NCBI GenBank assembly: GCA_942490925.1
Contig: CALNYX010000017.1
Span: forward strand, 1,345,159-1,409,158
DNA from: an uncultured Chlamydiaceae bacterium
GTDB taxonomy: Bacteria > Chlamydiota > Chlamydiia > Chlamydiales > JAAKFR01
DNA: 64,000 nucleotides
Direction: 5' to 3'
Numbering within the stretch: the first letter of the stretch is position 1; each line of letters opens with the position of its first letter. A program made the position numbers and the translations under genes. The notes under the pieces are model-generated. The model worked only from the letters and a program-made list of their open reading frames with translations. It was not told the origin of the DNA and did no database searches. Below are positions 18,049 to 26,873 of this stretch, in pieces.

Positions 18049-18098
18049 TGGTACTCTCTATACAGAATTGTTTCAACTTGTTATCATTTCTACCCTCT

Positions 18099-18173
18099 CT
18101 GGGTGTAGCGCAGCTTGGCTAGCGCACTTGCATGGGGTGCAAGGGGTCGGAGGTTCGAATCCTCTCACTCAGA
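18099..18173 (+). tRNA. tRNA-Pro (anticodon GGG)
   Basis: Manual cloverleaf fold. Acceptor CTGGGTG/CACTCAG, D-arm GCGC-AGCTTGGCTA-GCGC, anticodon arm CTTGC-ATGGGGT-GCAAG (GGG with G37), variable loop GGGTC, and T-arm GGAGG-TTCGAAT-CCTCT. The discriminator is A and no CCA is encoded. Confidence 0.85.
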
Positions 18174-18190
18174 ATTTAATCTCCCTCATA

Positions 18191-18217
18191 GACTGCGCGC
18201 GACGCAGTCTTTTTTTT
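18191..18217 (+). terminator. Rho-independent terminator after tRNA-Pro
   Basis: GACTGCG-cgcga-CGCAGTC hairpin followed by T8. Confidence 0.6.
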
Positions 18218-18484
18218 GCCTGAAAAACGCGTACACCTAATCTAGTTACCGATCTTTCCTCCAAAACGCCACCCTCGCCCCCACTAACTCGGGCGGATCA
18301 GGCGAAAAGCAGCCAAAACGATCAGAAACTTGAGTTATTCAACAAAGCACTGGAAAACTTGTTTACAACTCTGTCAAATAAATGTCGGTAATTTTGTTGA
18401 TAGTGCTTGGCTGATGACAAGTCGGGAGTTGTCTTCTTTTTATTGACGCGTTATGATCACGCTTATCTCCTAGATGAAAATAAG

Positions 18485-18548
18485 GTGTTGTCAACATTTC
18501 CACACCCTTCTAGGAAGAGGAAAAAGAAGATAAATAACTCTTCTCTTT
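18485..18548 (+). repeat. Shared upstream/leader element, copy B (upstream of the hexapeptide-repeat gene)
   Basis: GTGTTGTCAACATTTCCACAC is followed by GGAAGAGGAAAAAGAAG and CTCTTCTCTTTT. It sits about 73 nt before ATG 18558, the same distance as copy A from the GTG 9336 start of hemB. Confidence 0.6.
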
Positions 18549-18557
18549 TAATAGACT

Positions 18558-19199
18558 ATGGACTTTTTCACACCTGATCTCTATTTCAATCTTTCCACCT
18601 TCAAACATGCTGACATTTTTGCCACAGCTGAGCCAGTCTGGAAGGTCTTGAGCAAAATACATGATTACTTAATGGAGCAAGCGTTAGGTAACATTGAAGG
18701 CTCAATCGAAACAGGGGCGCACCTTGTGAACCCTGAACTCATTTCAATCGGCAAAGGAACACGCGTTGAAGCGGGCGCTTATATTATCGGTCCTTGTGTG
18801 ATTGGCGAAAACTGCCAGATTCGCCACGGAGCGTACGTTCGCGGCGATGTGCTAGTTGGAGACCAATGTGTGATCGGTCATGCAACAGAGGCTAAGAACG
18901 CCATCTTTATGAACAAATCTCAAGCAGGGCACTTTGCCTACGTCGGAGATTCTGTTCTTGGCAACGGGGTAAACCTTGGCGCAGGAACTAAATGTGCAAA
19001 CCTAAGATTCGATCGGAAGCCTGTTTTGGTGGGCAAGGAGCGGACTGATAGCGGACTGAAAAAATTCGGCGCAATTTTTGCAGATGGTTCGCAAACAGGG
19101 TGTAATACAGTGACCAATCCAGGCACAATCATGGAAAAAAAGAGTTTTACTCTTGCTTGTGCAAGCGTTCAGGGAGTTATTCGTGCTCGAGAAATATAA
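18558..19199 (+). CDS. Left-handed beta-helix (hexapeptide-repeat) protein, GlmU C-terminal-like
   Basis: Imperfect [LIV]-G-x4 hexapeptide repeats run through residues about 60-190 (IGKGTRVEAGAYIIGPCVIGENCQIRHGAYVRGDVLVGDQCVIGH...). Confidence 0.6.
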   Translation: MDFFTPDLYFNLSTFKHADIFATAEPVWKVLSKIHDYLMEQALGNIEGSIETGAHLVNPELISIGKGTRVEAGAYIIGPCVIGENCQIRHGAYVRGDVLVGDQCVIGHATEAKNAIFMNKSQAGHFAYVGDSVLGNGVNLGAGTKCANLRFDRKPVLVGKERTDSGLKKFGAIFADGSQTGCNTVTNPGTIMEKKSFTLACASVQGVIRAREI

Positions 19200-20001
19200 A
19201 AATGCAATTGAAGTAAAAATCTCTGAAGCAATTCATAAAATGGGCGTAAAAACGCCGCTTAGAGACGCTTGCGAATATGCCCTTAGAAACGGGGGAAAAA
19301 GATTTAGGCCAGCTCTTGTTTACTTGATTGCTGAGGGGCTTGGAAAAGAAAATGATATTAGTGACGCAGCCCTAGCAATTGAGCTTTTTCACACAGCTTC
19401 ACTCATTGCGGATGATCTTCCCTGCATGGATGATGAAGAAACGCGCCGTGGCCAAGCCGCTTTACATGTTGTGTATGGAGAGGCGGTGGCTATCTTGGCT
19501 ACTTATGCTCTGATTGCAGAAGGGTATGAGCGGATTCGTCTCAATGCTCAAAAGATGGAAAACGGTGGAGAAATTGCCCTTCTGGCTTTAGAAAATGCTA
19601 CAAAAAACACAGGAATCTGCGGAGCTACAGGAGGGCAGTACTTTGATCTTTTTGCTCCTGAACAAAACTTGGTGGAGATGATTCAAAAGAAGACAGCAAC
19701 GCTTTTTGAAATCTCATTTGTCTTTGGCTGGCTTTTTGGCGGGGGTGAAATTGGTAAGCTTGACATCGTTAAAAAGGCCTCAAATCATTTTGGGGTTGCT
19801 TTTCAACTCTATGATGATCTGATGGATATAGATGAAGATGCGGTCGAAAAAAACTACGCTAAAAAATATGGCATAGAAGAAACAAAAGCAAAACTACTTA
19901 AAGAGCTCGATCTTTTTGAAGAGTGCATGGAACTTCTGTATATGAGTGACTTGCACTTATCTTCGATGATCAAAGCTAAGTGCAAGCCTCTAATGTCCTA
20001 G
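19153..20001 (+). CDS. ispA: Polyprenyl (farnesyl/geranylgeranyl) diphosphate synthase
   Basis: First Asp-rich motif LIADDLPCMDDEETRRG and second motif QLYDDLMD. The start is uncertain: TTG 19153 or GTG 19183, and both overlap the upstream gene. Confidence 0.8.
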   Translation: MLVQAFRELFVLEKYKNAIEVKISEAIHKMGVKTPLRDACEYALRNGGKRFRPALVYLIAEGLGKENDISDAALAIELFHTASLIADDLPCMDDEETRRGQAALHVVYGEAVAILATYALIAEGYERIRLNAQKMENGGEIALLALENATKNTGICGATGGQYFDLFAPEQNLVEMIQKKTATLFEISFVFGWLFGGGEIGKLDIVKKASNHFGVAFQLYDDLMDIDEDAVEKNYAKKYGIEETKAKLLKELDLFEECMELLYMSDLHLSSMIKAKCKPLMS

Positions 20002-20081
20002 TGCTGTGTGCACCACGGAAGGAACATTTGTGCGGCAAACGCTGCTGTAAGTAGCGCTTTAATAATCAGTCCTGGTAGCAT
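19998..20081 (-). CDS. Candidate 27-aa hydrophobic peptide (unannotated sORF)
   Basis: ATG at 20081 is preceded by AGGAGG (20086-20091). The product is MLPGLIIKALLTAAFAAQMFLPWCTQH. It lies downstream of recA on the same strand and is too short for the ORF track. Confidence 0.25.
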   Translation of the reverse strand: MLPGLIIKALLTAAFAAQMFLPWCTQH

Positions 20082-20147
20082 GATGCCTCCTAAAATTTTT
20101 GGATTTAAAACCCGTTTTATATCTAAATGAGAGTTTTTTCTTCAATG

Positions 20148-21185
20148 TTAAACGGCCGCAAGCTCTTCTTTTTTCGTTTTAGCTCTTGGAGCTAGTGAAT
20201 GGCTCACGAGAACTTTCTGCTCAATTTCAGCCGCAAGAGCTCTGTTTTTTCTCAGCTCTAATCGAACAGCTTCACGCCCTTGTCCTAGTCGATTGCCGTT
20301 ATAGCTGAACCAAGCGCCTTTTTTGTCGATAATGTCTTTTTCAACAGCAAGATCGATCAAGGTACCTTCGTAAGAAATTCCTTCGTTGAAGAGGATGTCA
20401 AATTCTGCAATTCTGAAAGGAGGAGCGAGTTTATTCTTTGCTACTTTGACTTTGACGCGATTACCCATGTCCGCATTATCTGGCCCCTTGATAGAACCAA
20501 TGCGTCTGATGTCAAGACGAATTGATGAGTAGAATTTCAAAGCGCGTCCACCCGTTGTTGTCTCCGGGCTACCAAACATCACACCAATTTTTTCACGGAT
20601 TTGGTTGATGAAAATGGCGCAAGTATTCGAGCGCGAGAGTGTGGCTGTAAGTTTTCTCAAGGCTTGTGACATCATGCGCGCTTGTAGCCCGACATGTGTA
20701 TCTCCGATTTCACCATCGAGTTCTGTTTTTGGAACAAGCGCTGCAACCGAGTCGATGACAACAACATCAACAGCATTAGAGCGTGCAAGCATTTCTGCAA
20801 TGTTCAGGGCGTCTTCTCCACAGTCGGGCTGAGAGATCATCAATTCATTGACATTTACGCCAATACGAGCGGCATAAGCAGGATCTAGGGCATGCTCGGC
20901 ATCGATGTAAGCGGCCAGCCCACCATTTTTTTGTGCATTGGCCACGATATGTGTTGCAAGTGTTGATTTTCCAGACGATTCAGGGCCGTAAATTTCGACG
21001 ACGCGTCCACGTGGAACACCGCCAATACCAAGAGCAACGTCTAGAGAAAGAGCTCCCGTGCTAATAGTCGAAATTTCCCGTGTTGAGGAGTGTTTTCCAA
21101 GTGTCATTAAAGAGCCTTCTCCAAACTGCTTTTCAATGTGCTGCACGGCGATTTCTAATGCTTTTTTGCGCTCTGAATTGTCCAT
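20148..21185 (-). CDS. recA: Recombinase A
   Basis: The track ORF runs to 21326; the canonical N-terminus starts at ATG 21185 ([25 protein letters not shown]). Walker [10 protein letters not shown] and the remaining RecA blocks are present. Confidence 0.95.
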   Translation of the reverse strand: MDNSERKKALEIAVQHIEKQFGEGSLMTLGKHSSTREISTISTGALSLDVALGIGGVPRGRVVEIYGPESSGKSTLATHIVANAQKNGGLAAYIDAEHALDPAYAARIGVNVNELMISQPDCGEDALNIAEMLARSNAVDVVVIDSVAALVPKTELDGEIGDTHVGLQARMMSQALRKLTATLSRSNTCAIFINQIREKIGVMFGSPETTTGGRALKFYSSIRLDIRRIGSIKGPDNADMGNRVKVKVAKNKLAPPFRIAEFDILFNEGISYEGTLIDLAVEKDIIDKKGAWFSYNGNRLGQGREAVRLELRKNRALAAEIEQKVLVSHSLAPRAKTKKEELAAV

Positions 21186-21475
21186 AGGGTGAGATCCTTG
21201 TGTGTATGTTTTGAGGCCATTGTCGAGAATGAAGTTGGAGAAGTCAAGCTTAGAATTCTCGAGGGGATACTTTGTTGAATAACCCCAGTTTCTGACCGTT
21301 TTGGCTGCTTTTTGTCTGACTTGCACGCGCGCTCGCTTGCCCTATCACCTATAGTAGCTGCTACTGTGAGCGTCCAATTGAGAACAAAAATCCCCAAAAT
21401 GCTTCGACTTCATTTTCGCATTGAACGGAAAGAATTTTTGAGATTTTTTCAACACTCGCTCGAAGGAGCAATCTT

Positions 21476-21997
21476 TTACACAAGGGTGAGTGCAGTTAGC
21501 GGATGGTCGTGAGCTTCAGTGGGAAGGTTTTTTACAAACTGCTCTTTAAAACCAACTCCGAGACTCTGAATATTGAAATAGGTTTGGAGCAGGCGGTCGT
21601 AGTATCCTTTACCGTAGCCAATGCGATGATTGTGTGAATCGAAAGCTAGGCCGGGGACGAGAATAATAGAGGGTGATTGCTTAGAGCATCTGGTTGGGTC
21701 GGGCTCTAAAATGTTCAATGTATTGGCAATCAAATCACCCTTGGGATCACAAACACGATAAATTTCAAGGTGATCGTGGTGTATGCGCGGAAGAAGTAAG
21801 CGCCCTTCATTCGCAAGGATTTGATTGAGGGGGGATAGATCGATTTCACCAGGAAGTGAAGCAAAGGAGAGAACGTATTGATGTTCCTCTAGCAATGGAA
21901 GGAGTTTAAGGAGAAGGGTGGTGCGCGCCACCTCTCGTCTCTGCTCTGAGAGGGCGGCTCTTTGTTTGCGTAGGGTGGTGCGCAGCTCATGTTTCAC
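21476..21997 (-). CDS. ygfA: 5-formyltetrahydrofolate cyclo-ligase
   Basis: 173 aa with N-terminal LRKQRAAL and C-terminal GYGKGYYDR family blocks. It has a 4-nt overlap with the upstream gene. Confidence 0.8.
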   Translation of the reverse strand: MKHELRTTLRKQRAALSEQRREVARTTLLLKLLPLLEEHQYVLSFASLPGEIDLSPLNQILANEGRLLLPRIHHDHLEIYRVCDPKGDLIANTLNILEPDPTRCSKQSPSIILVPGLAFDSHNHRIGYGKGYYDRLLQTYFNIQSLGVGFKEQFVKNLPTEAHDHPLTALTLV

Positions 21998-23259
21998 TCT
22001 AAAGGTTTGCCATCCTGATAGTAGATTTTCTTGGAGAAGTTTCCATCCGCATTGAACAGGCTTGCGACCCCCTTCCCCTTTTCTATTTTTGAGACGGGAA
22101 TTTTTTCTCCCATGCGGTAGTACTCGCCTTTCAAGAGCTTGTCATTGTCGTACTCTTCAACGAGCATGAGTGCTCCAGAGCGGAACCAGGCTGTTAGCAG
22201 TCCTGTTTTCTTGTTATCACACATTTCACGTTGGCTCTCAAGTCCCCCTTCGGGATACCAGGTTTTTACAGGGCCTTGCAACACACCACTATGCCACGTT
22301 AGCAAGAGCTTTTGTTGCGAGCCTCCTGGAAAATAGTCGATCTCTTCACCTTGCTTTTCGCCATGCTTGATGTGATAGGTGCGTAAAACGGTTTTGTTTT
22401 CATCAAAAAAAGTGACGCGCCCCTCCTGCACTCCTCGCTTAAATTCTTGCAACTCCTGCAAGTGGGCTCTTCCAAAAATCGCGCGCTCACCATTTCCACC
22501 GCGTATTTGAGAAAGAATTTCCCCTTGAGGGTCATAGTATGTCGCATCTAAAAGTTTACCGCCTTTATACCGCTCTTGGTAGGCGATTGCACCTCCCGCC
22601 CAGTAGCGAAAAGCATCGCCGCACTTCTGCCCGCGTTGGTAGTCGGCTGTTTGAAACAAAGAGCCCTCTTCTAAGAAAACTTTTTGTGTTCCATGCACGA
22701 GATTTTTGCTGTACGGAATCGATTTCCAAATGGAGCCGTTGTTGTGATAGTAACGCGCCTCGCCTTCGAGCTCTCCTTTTGCGTAGGAAATCTCAGCAAT
22801 TAAACGTCCCTCTTCATCCCATGCTTTACTCACACCATCAAATAGCCAACTCTCTTCTGCTTGGGTGTTCAGATCTGCCACACCACCAATCACACGCGTT
22901 TCTACTTTGATCTGCCCATTTGCAAACCATTCTCTATAGGTGCCCAAAGCGCGATTATTCAGAGATTCTAGGTATTGCTTGATCTGGCCATTTGGGTGGT
23001 AGCTTGTGATTTGTGCGCGCACATCGCCGTTTTTTTCCTTCCCATAAACGCGCATGACTTTTTGATAGGGTTGCGCGGCTAAGAAGTTTGTTTTGTCGAA
23101 TTCACAGAGCCTGTTTTTTGAGCTGATGGTTTCGGAGAGTCCATTACGATCAACAATATTAATGCTTGTAATCTTTGCCGGGTCAATAGCTTCTTGGGTA
23201 AAACGGCAGCCTGTAAAGCAGGCCATACAAATAAGAAGGAGAAGAAAAGTTTTTCTCAT
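21994..23259 (-). CDS. Lipoprotein with MORN-variant (YwqK-like) repeats
   Basis: Lipobox LLICMACFTGC, then many repeats of the Y-x-NG-x-hydrophobic type (YHPNGQIKQY, REWFANGQIKVE, YYHNNGSIWKS, TWYPEGGLES). Confidence 0.65.
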   Translation of the reverse strand: MRKTFLLLLICMACFTGCRFTQEAIDPAKITSINIVDRNGLSETISSKNRLCEFDKTNFLAAQPYQKVMRVYGKEKNGDVRAQITSYHPNGQIKQYLESLNNRALGTYREWFANGQIKVETRVIGGVADLNTQAEESWLFDGVSKAWDEEGRLIAEISYAKGELEGEARYYHNNGSIWKSIPYSKNLVHGTQKVFLEEGSLFQTADYQRGQKCGDAFRYWAGGAIAYQERYKGGKLLDATYYDPQGEILSQIRGGNGERAIFGRAHLQELQEFKRGVQEGRVTFFDENKTVLRTYHIKHGEKQGEEIDYFPGGSQQKLLLTWHSGVLQGPVKTWYPEGGLESQREMCDNKKTGLLTAWFRSGALMLVEEYDNDKLLKGEYYRMGEKIPVSKIEKGKGVASLFNADGNFSKKIYYQDGKPLE

Positions 23260-23870
23260 GATGTTGTAAACTCTCGTTTAATAAGGGATAGGGTTAGCTC
23301 AAAAACTTCTGTTTTAGAGTGCGTTGAGTTTTTTTGTAGCTTTAGGTCTGTGACGATTAACTGAGGTTGGTCTGGGTGCTCTCCATCGATCAGGTCAAGG
23401 AGGTTTGTTAGATCGTCCATATCAAGCTCAACTGGATGGGTAAGCACTTCAAGGGTCTCGCGCATCCCTTCAGCAACCTCAACGCCACGTTCAGCAAAAA
23501 GCAAGCGGTTTGTCTCTCCTGCTAGAAAAGCATATCTGTTTTCTGCAACATCATCACCTGTAAATGCAGGGCGATTAAAGAGCTCTTCAAGGGCTTTTTT
23601 CTCTTTGCTTAGAAGAGAAAGAGACTCTAGGTGTTGGTCAATGTAAAGCGGGTTTGCGTTTGTAAAGCGTTTGCGAACAAGGTTGTTTGGGGCTTGCCGA
23701 AGCCCCTTGACTTGCGTTAGGTGCTGAACGGTTTCAAGGTGCTTCGAAACTTCCGTCCACGCTTTTTTCTCTTTTGTATAGAAGTACCCAATGCCGATGA
23801 TTGGTAGAAGGCCGATCAGCAACAGGTATAAAATAACACGAGAAAAAGGAATGTCACGCAAGCTAAACAT
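23256..23870 (-). CDS. PilO/GspM-like bitopic membrane protein (tentative)
   Basis: 204 aa with a single N-terminal TM helix (VILYLLLIGLLPIIGIGYF), a coiled segment and a small C-terminal domain. It lies immediately downstream of, and overlaps, the PilM-PilN-like gene. Confidence 0.4.
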   Translation of the reverse strand: MFSLRDIPFSRVILYLLLIGLLPIIGIGYFYTKEKKAWTEVSKHLETVQHLTQVKGLRQAPNNLVRKRFTNANPLYIDQHLESLSLLSKEKKALEELFNRPAFTGDDVAENRYAFLAGETNRLLFAERGVEVAEGMRETLEVLTHPVELDMDDLTNLLDLIDGEHPDQPQLIVTDLKLQKNSTHSKTEVFELTLSLIKREFTTS

Positions 23871-25251
23871 ATTTTGTTTTGTCCTTTAGATAGAAGGTGG
23901 CGCGGTAACTTCCATCTTTATTCATAGTCCACTGCACTTCGCCTTTAGCGTCAACAAAGGGATTAGGGGCAATAAGCGCTTCGTGAAAGGCGCGAGCAGC
24001 GCTTGGGGTTTGGGCTGTAAAGTCAAGAGAAACACGGACTCGATACCGCTCTTTTTTCTGCGTGAGATCGGGACGCTTGATCATATTGTAATTGAGAGTA
24101 GAGATCTCGATCATCCCGTTGGCATTTGGGTGCGTTGCTAGCCAACTGAGAACGTCTGATGCTTTGGGAACAGCTGGTAGTAGAGCAAAGGTTTCGGGGC
24201 GGGCCTTAACTTCTTGTTCGATCTCGTTAAGCTGGGCGTGGTACTCGCCAGGGCTGCGAGGAGACCGGCTGCTTCTTTTTTCTTGGATCAAAAGAGTTTG
24301 AAAGTGCGCGTCAACACCCATTTTCTGGTGAGTTAGGGCAAGTCGACTCCAGGACATAAGGGAGAAAAAGAGAATGGTTGTAGAGGCAAAAAAGAGAATA
24401 AGAGGTTTCTTTACCCGTTTCCAAGGGTATGAAGAAGGGAGTATATTTTGACGGAAATTGATCCCTTTTTTCTCAGCCCCAATCATCGCGGCTCCAATAG
24501 CAGGCGCAAACTCCATGAGTTGTTTTTGAGAAAAGTCAAAACACCCTTGAGATGGAAGGAGCGTTTTTTTACCGACGGTGTCACTAACAAGATCTATTGC
24601 TGAGCGATTGCCAAGTAATAGGACTGATTCAAATTTCCCAGACCCGAAAGCAAGAACAACTTTACGTACCTCCGCTTCAAAATCGGCCTGTATATCAAAG
24701 GTGTGGGCGCGCAGCAGCCTCCCTTTTTCCACAAGACAGCAAAAAACATTTTGCTTACCGGAGTAGATGAGAAGCTGTCGAAAACGACCCTCAGGAAAGA
24801 GGCCTGAAAAGGCGGCCAAAGCAAAATGTGTAGAGGTGACAACGTCAGGGGTGATGGGCAACGATTGGATGTGCGACGAAATCAAGTTTTTTTGAGCAGC
24901 GGCCACGCTAAGACGGGTCTGTCCGGCATCGCGCTTGACAATCTGACCTTGAACAACAGCATTTTCAATGGCGAAAGGGAAGAGCGACTCAGCCTGAAAG
25001 GAGAGAGCTGAAAAAATATCTTTATCCCTTTTTAGGGGAATATCGAGCGAGCGGATCAAAATATCTCTAGAGCTAATAGTCGATGAAAAAATTGCGTCAT
25101 CAGAAAATGCTTCAAGTTGATCGAGGTTTTCACCCTCTTGAAGCGCCAAGATCTGCCAATTGCCACGCTTTTTGCAAAGCGTCGCAATTTTTAGGGTAGA
25201 CATTTCGTAATCAATGCCGATATAATGCTGGTTTTTTGGGAAGAAAGACAT
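23863..25251 (-). CDS. PilM-PilN fusion / GspL-like secretion or pilus assembly protein (tentative)
   Basis: The N-terminus is actin-like and PilM-type (IGIDYEMSTLKIATL; RSLDIPLKRDKDIFSALSFQAESLFPFAIENAVV). An INFRQNILP motif (compare the PilN INLLP) is followed by a TM helix (LILFFASTTILFFSLMSW) and an approximately 170-aa periplasmic domain. Confidence 0.5.
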   Translation of the reverse strand: MSFFPKNQHYIGIDYEMSTLKIATLCKKRGNWQILALQEGENLDQLEAFSDDAIFSSTISSRDILIRSLDIPLKRDKDIFSALSFQAESLFPFAIENAVVQGQIVKRDAGQTRLSVAAAQKNLISSHIQSLPITPDVVTSTHFALAAFSGLFPEGRFRQLLIYSGKQNVFCCLVEKGRLLRAHTFDIQADFEAEVRKVVLAFGSGKFESVLLLGNRSAIDLVSDTVGKKTLLPSQGCFDFSQKQLMEFAPAIGAAMIGAEKKGINFRQNILPSSYPWKRVKKPLILFFASTTILFFSLMSWSRLALTHQKMGVDAHFQTLLIQEKRSSRSPRSPGEYHAQLNEIEQEVKARPETFALLPAVPKASDVLSWLATHPNANGMIEISTLNYNMIKRPDLTQKKERYRVRVSLDFTAQTPSAARAFHEALIAPNPFVDAKGEVQWTMNKDGSYRATFYLKDKTKYV

Positions 25252-25304
25252 AATTTCACCGAGATTATAAATAGATAATGGGGATTTATCAAGGGAAATA
25301 AATC

Positions 25305-25550
25305 GTGCTTTACATATTAGAAATTTTATTTACCACCTACACGTTCATGCTCCTGCTTAGGGTGTTTGGTTCGTGGTTTCCTCGTTTCGCTCAAAGCGCC
25401 TTTATGCGCTTTATTGCAAGCTATACAGATCCTTATTTAAACGTCTTTCGTCGAGTTATTCCTCCTATAGGAATGATGGATCTAAGTCCGATGATTGCCT
25501 TCATATCTCTACAGTTGATTCAATGGATTCTTTTTTCAATTCTGGGTTAA
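25305..25550 (+). CDS. yggT: YggT-family membrane protein
   Basis: 81 aa with two TM helices. The block YTDPYLNVFRRVIPPIGMMDLSPMIAF is typical of YggT. Confidence 0.7.
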   Translation: MLYILEILFTTYTFMLLLRVFGSWFPRFAQSAFMRFIASYTDPYLNVFRRVIPPIGMMDLSPMIAFISLQLIQWILFSILG

Positions 25551-26497
25551 GCCTCGGCAAGCTCGAGCTAAAAAATCGTGTTATTTACTCTCCTTTAGCA
25601 GGATGTTCTGACTACCCCTTTCGGAAAATTGCAGCGCGTTATCGACCGGGCTTGATGTTTTGTGAAATGGTCAAGATGGAGCCTCTTCTGCTTGGAAATC
25701 AAAACACGCTGCAGATGCTCGATTATTCTGATGATATGCGTCCTATAGGAGGACAAATTTGCGGTTCACGCAGAGAGTTAGCTGGAAAATCAGCCAAAAT
25801 CATTGAAGATCTCGGGTTTGATGTTGTCGACCTGAATTGTGGCTGCCCTGTCGATAAAGTCACCAAAGATGGAAGCGGCTCGGGAATGTTGAAAGATCCC
25901 CAGAGAATAGGAGAGTTGATTGCTGAGATGGTAGCAGCTGTATCGATTCCTGTGACAGTGAAGATTCGTGCAGGTTGGGATGATAAGAGCATTGTTGCTC
26001 AAGAGGTTGTTAGGGTTGCTGAAGAGGCGGGTGCCTCTGCTATTTTTGTGCATGGCAGAACACGCAAACAGGCCTATAACGGCCCTGCAAATTGGGATCA
26101 TATCCGTGATTGCAAAGAGGCTGCGCGCACAATCAAAGTCGTCGGTAATGGAGATGTCTTTTCTCCTGAGGCCGCTATTCGTATGTTTGAGCAGACAAGC
26201 TGCGATGCAGTTCTCGCCTCTCGAGGAACAATGGGACACCCTTGGCTTGCAGAGGATATTTGCCGTGCCATTCAGGGGCTTGATCCAATCGAACGAAACT
26301 TTGCAGACTTTAAACAGGCCTTTTTAGACCATTTTGAGCTCTCAGCTGGTTACAAGTCTGAAAGAGGGGCTTTAATCGATATGCGAAAAGTCTGTTGCTG
26401 GTACTTGAAAAACACTCCTGGAGCGCGAGAGATGCGCTCAAAGGCAAGTAAGATGAAAACCCTCGAAGAGATCCGAGAAATGATTTATGCAATATGA
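25523..26497 (+). CDS. dus: tRNA-dihydrouridine synthase
   Basis: The track ORF starts at 25373 in a frame overlapping yggT; the likely start is ATG 25523. Blocks PLAGCSDYPFR, DLNCGCPV and VHGRTR are present. Confidence 0.85.
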   Translation: MDSFFNSGLSLGKLELKNRVIYSPLAGCSDYPFRKIAARYRPGLMFCEMVKMEPLLLGNQNTLQMLDYSDDMRPIGGQICGSRRELAGKSAKIIEDLGFDVVDLNCGCPVDKVTKDGSGSGMLKDPQRIGELIAEMVAAVSIPVTVKIRAGWDDKSIVAQEVVRVAEEAGASAIFVHGRTRKQAYNGPANWDHIRDCKEAARTIKVVGNGDVFSPEAAIRMFEQTSCDAVLASRGTMGHPWLAEDICRAIQGLDPIERNFADFKQAFLDHFELSAGYKSERGALIDMRKVCCWYLKNTPGAREMRSKASKMKTLEEIREMIYAI

Positions 26498-26762
26498 GCT
26501 CCATGCGATTTTTTATGGGGTTGTGCAAGGGGTCTGTTTTCGCAGCACAGTCGTCGATCATGCCAGGCAACTTGATGTCCCCGGGTCGGTGCGTAATCTA
26601 AGCGATGGATCTGTCGAGGTCTACGCACAGGGGGCTAAAAAGACCTTAAACTCTTTTTTAGAAAACATTCAAAAAGCTCCTGGGTTCGCTCGAATTGAAA
26701 AACAGACTCATGAGTTTTGTGAAATCAAAAAAACATTCAACGGGTTTCGGGTCATTTACTAA
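26487..26762 (+). CDS. acyP: Acylphosphatase
   Basis: 91 aa with the VQGVCFR motif and VRNLSDGSVEV. Confidence 0.8.
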   Translation: MQYELHAIFYGVVQGVCFRSTVVDHARQLDVPGSVRNLSDGSVEVYAQGAKKTLNSFLENIQKAPGFARIEKQTHEFCEIKKTFNGFRVIY

Positions 26763-26873
26763 AAAAAGCATGTGTGCTAAAGTAGAAACATGGAATTCAA
26801 CCCCCGTTTCTCTTTTTGGTTTACATGGCGTTTCTAAACGCTATCTATTCTTAATTTTAACCAGAGAGAAATC

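Noticed and set aside
18099-18557. tRNA-Pro as an attachment site for a genomic island.
   Set aside because: I saw no direct repeat of the tRNA 3' end and no integrase gene anywhere downstream in the window.
20148-21326. Long N-terminal extensions in several track ORFs: recA to 21326, thrS to 51164, dus from 25373, thyX to 9093, the kinase-like gene to 4870, and topA from 4911.
   Set aside because: Internal start codons reproduce the canonical family N-termini. The extensions have junk-like composition or run through neighbouring genes or promoters.
21345-21370. Palindrome AGTAGCTGCTACT about 170 nt upstream of recA, as a possible SOS-type operator.
   Set aside because: It occurs only once, it is unlike known LexA boxes, and Chlamydiae are not known to encode LexA. 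The evidence is insufficient.
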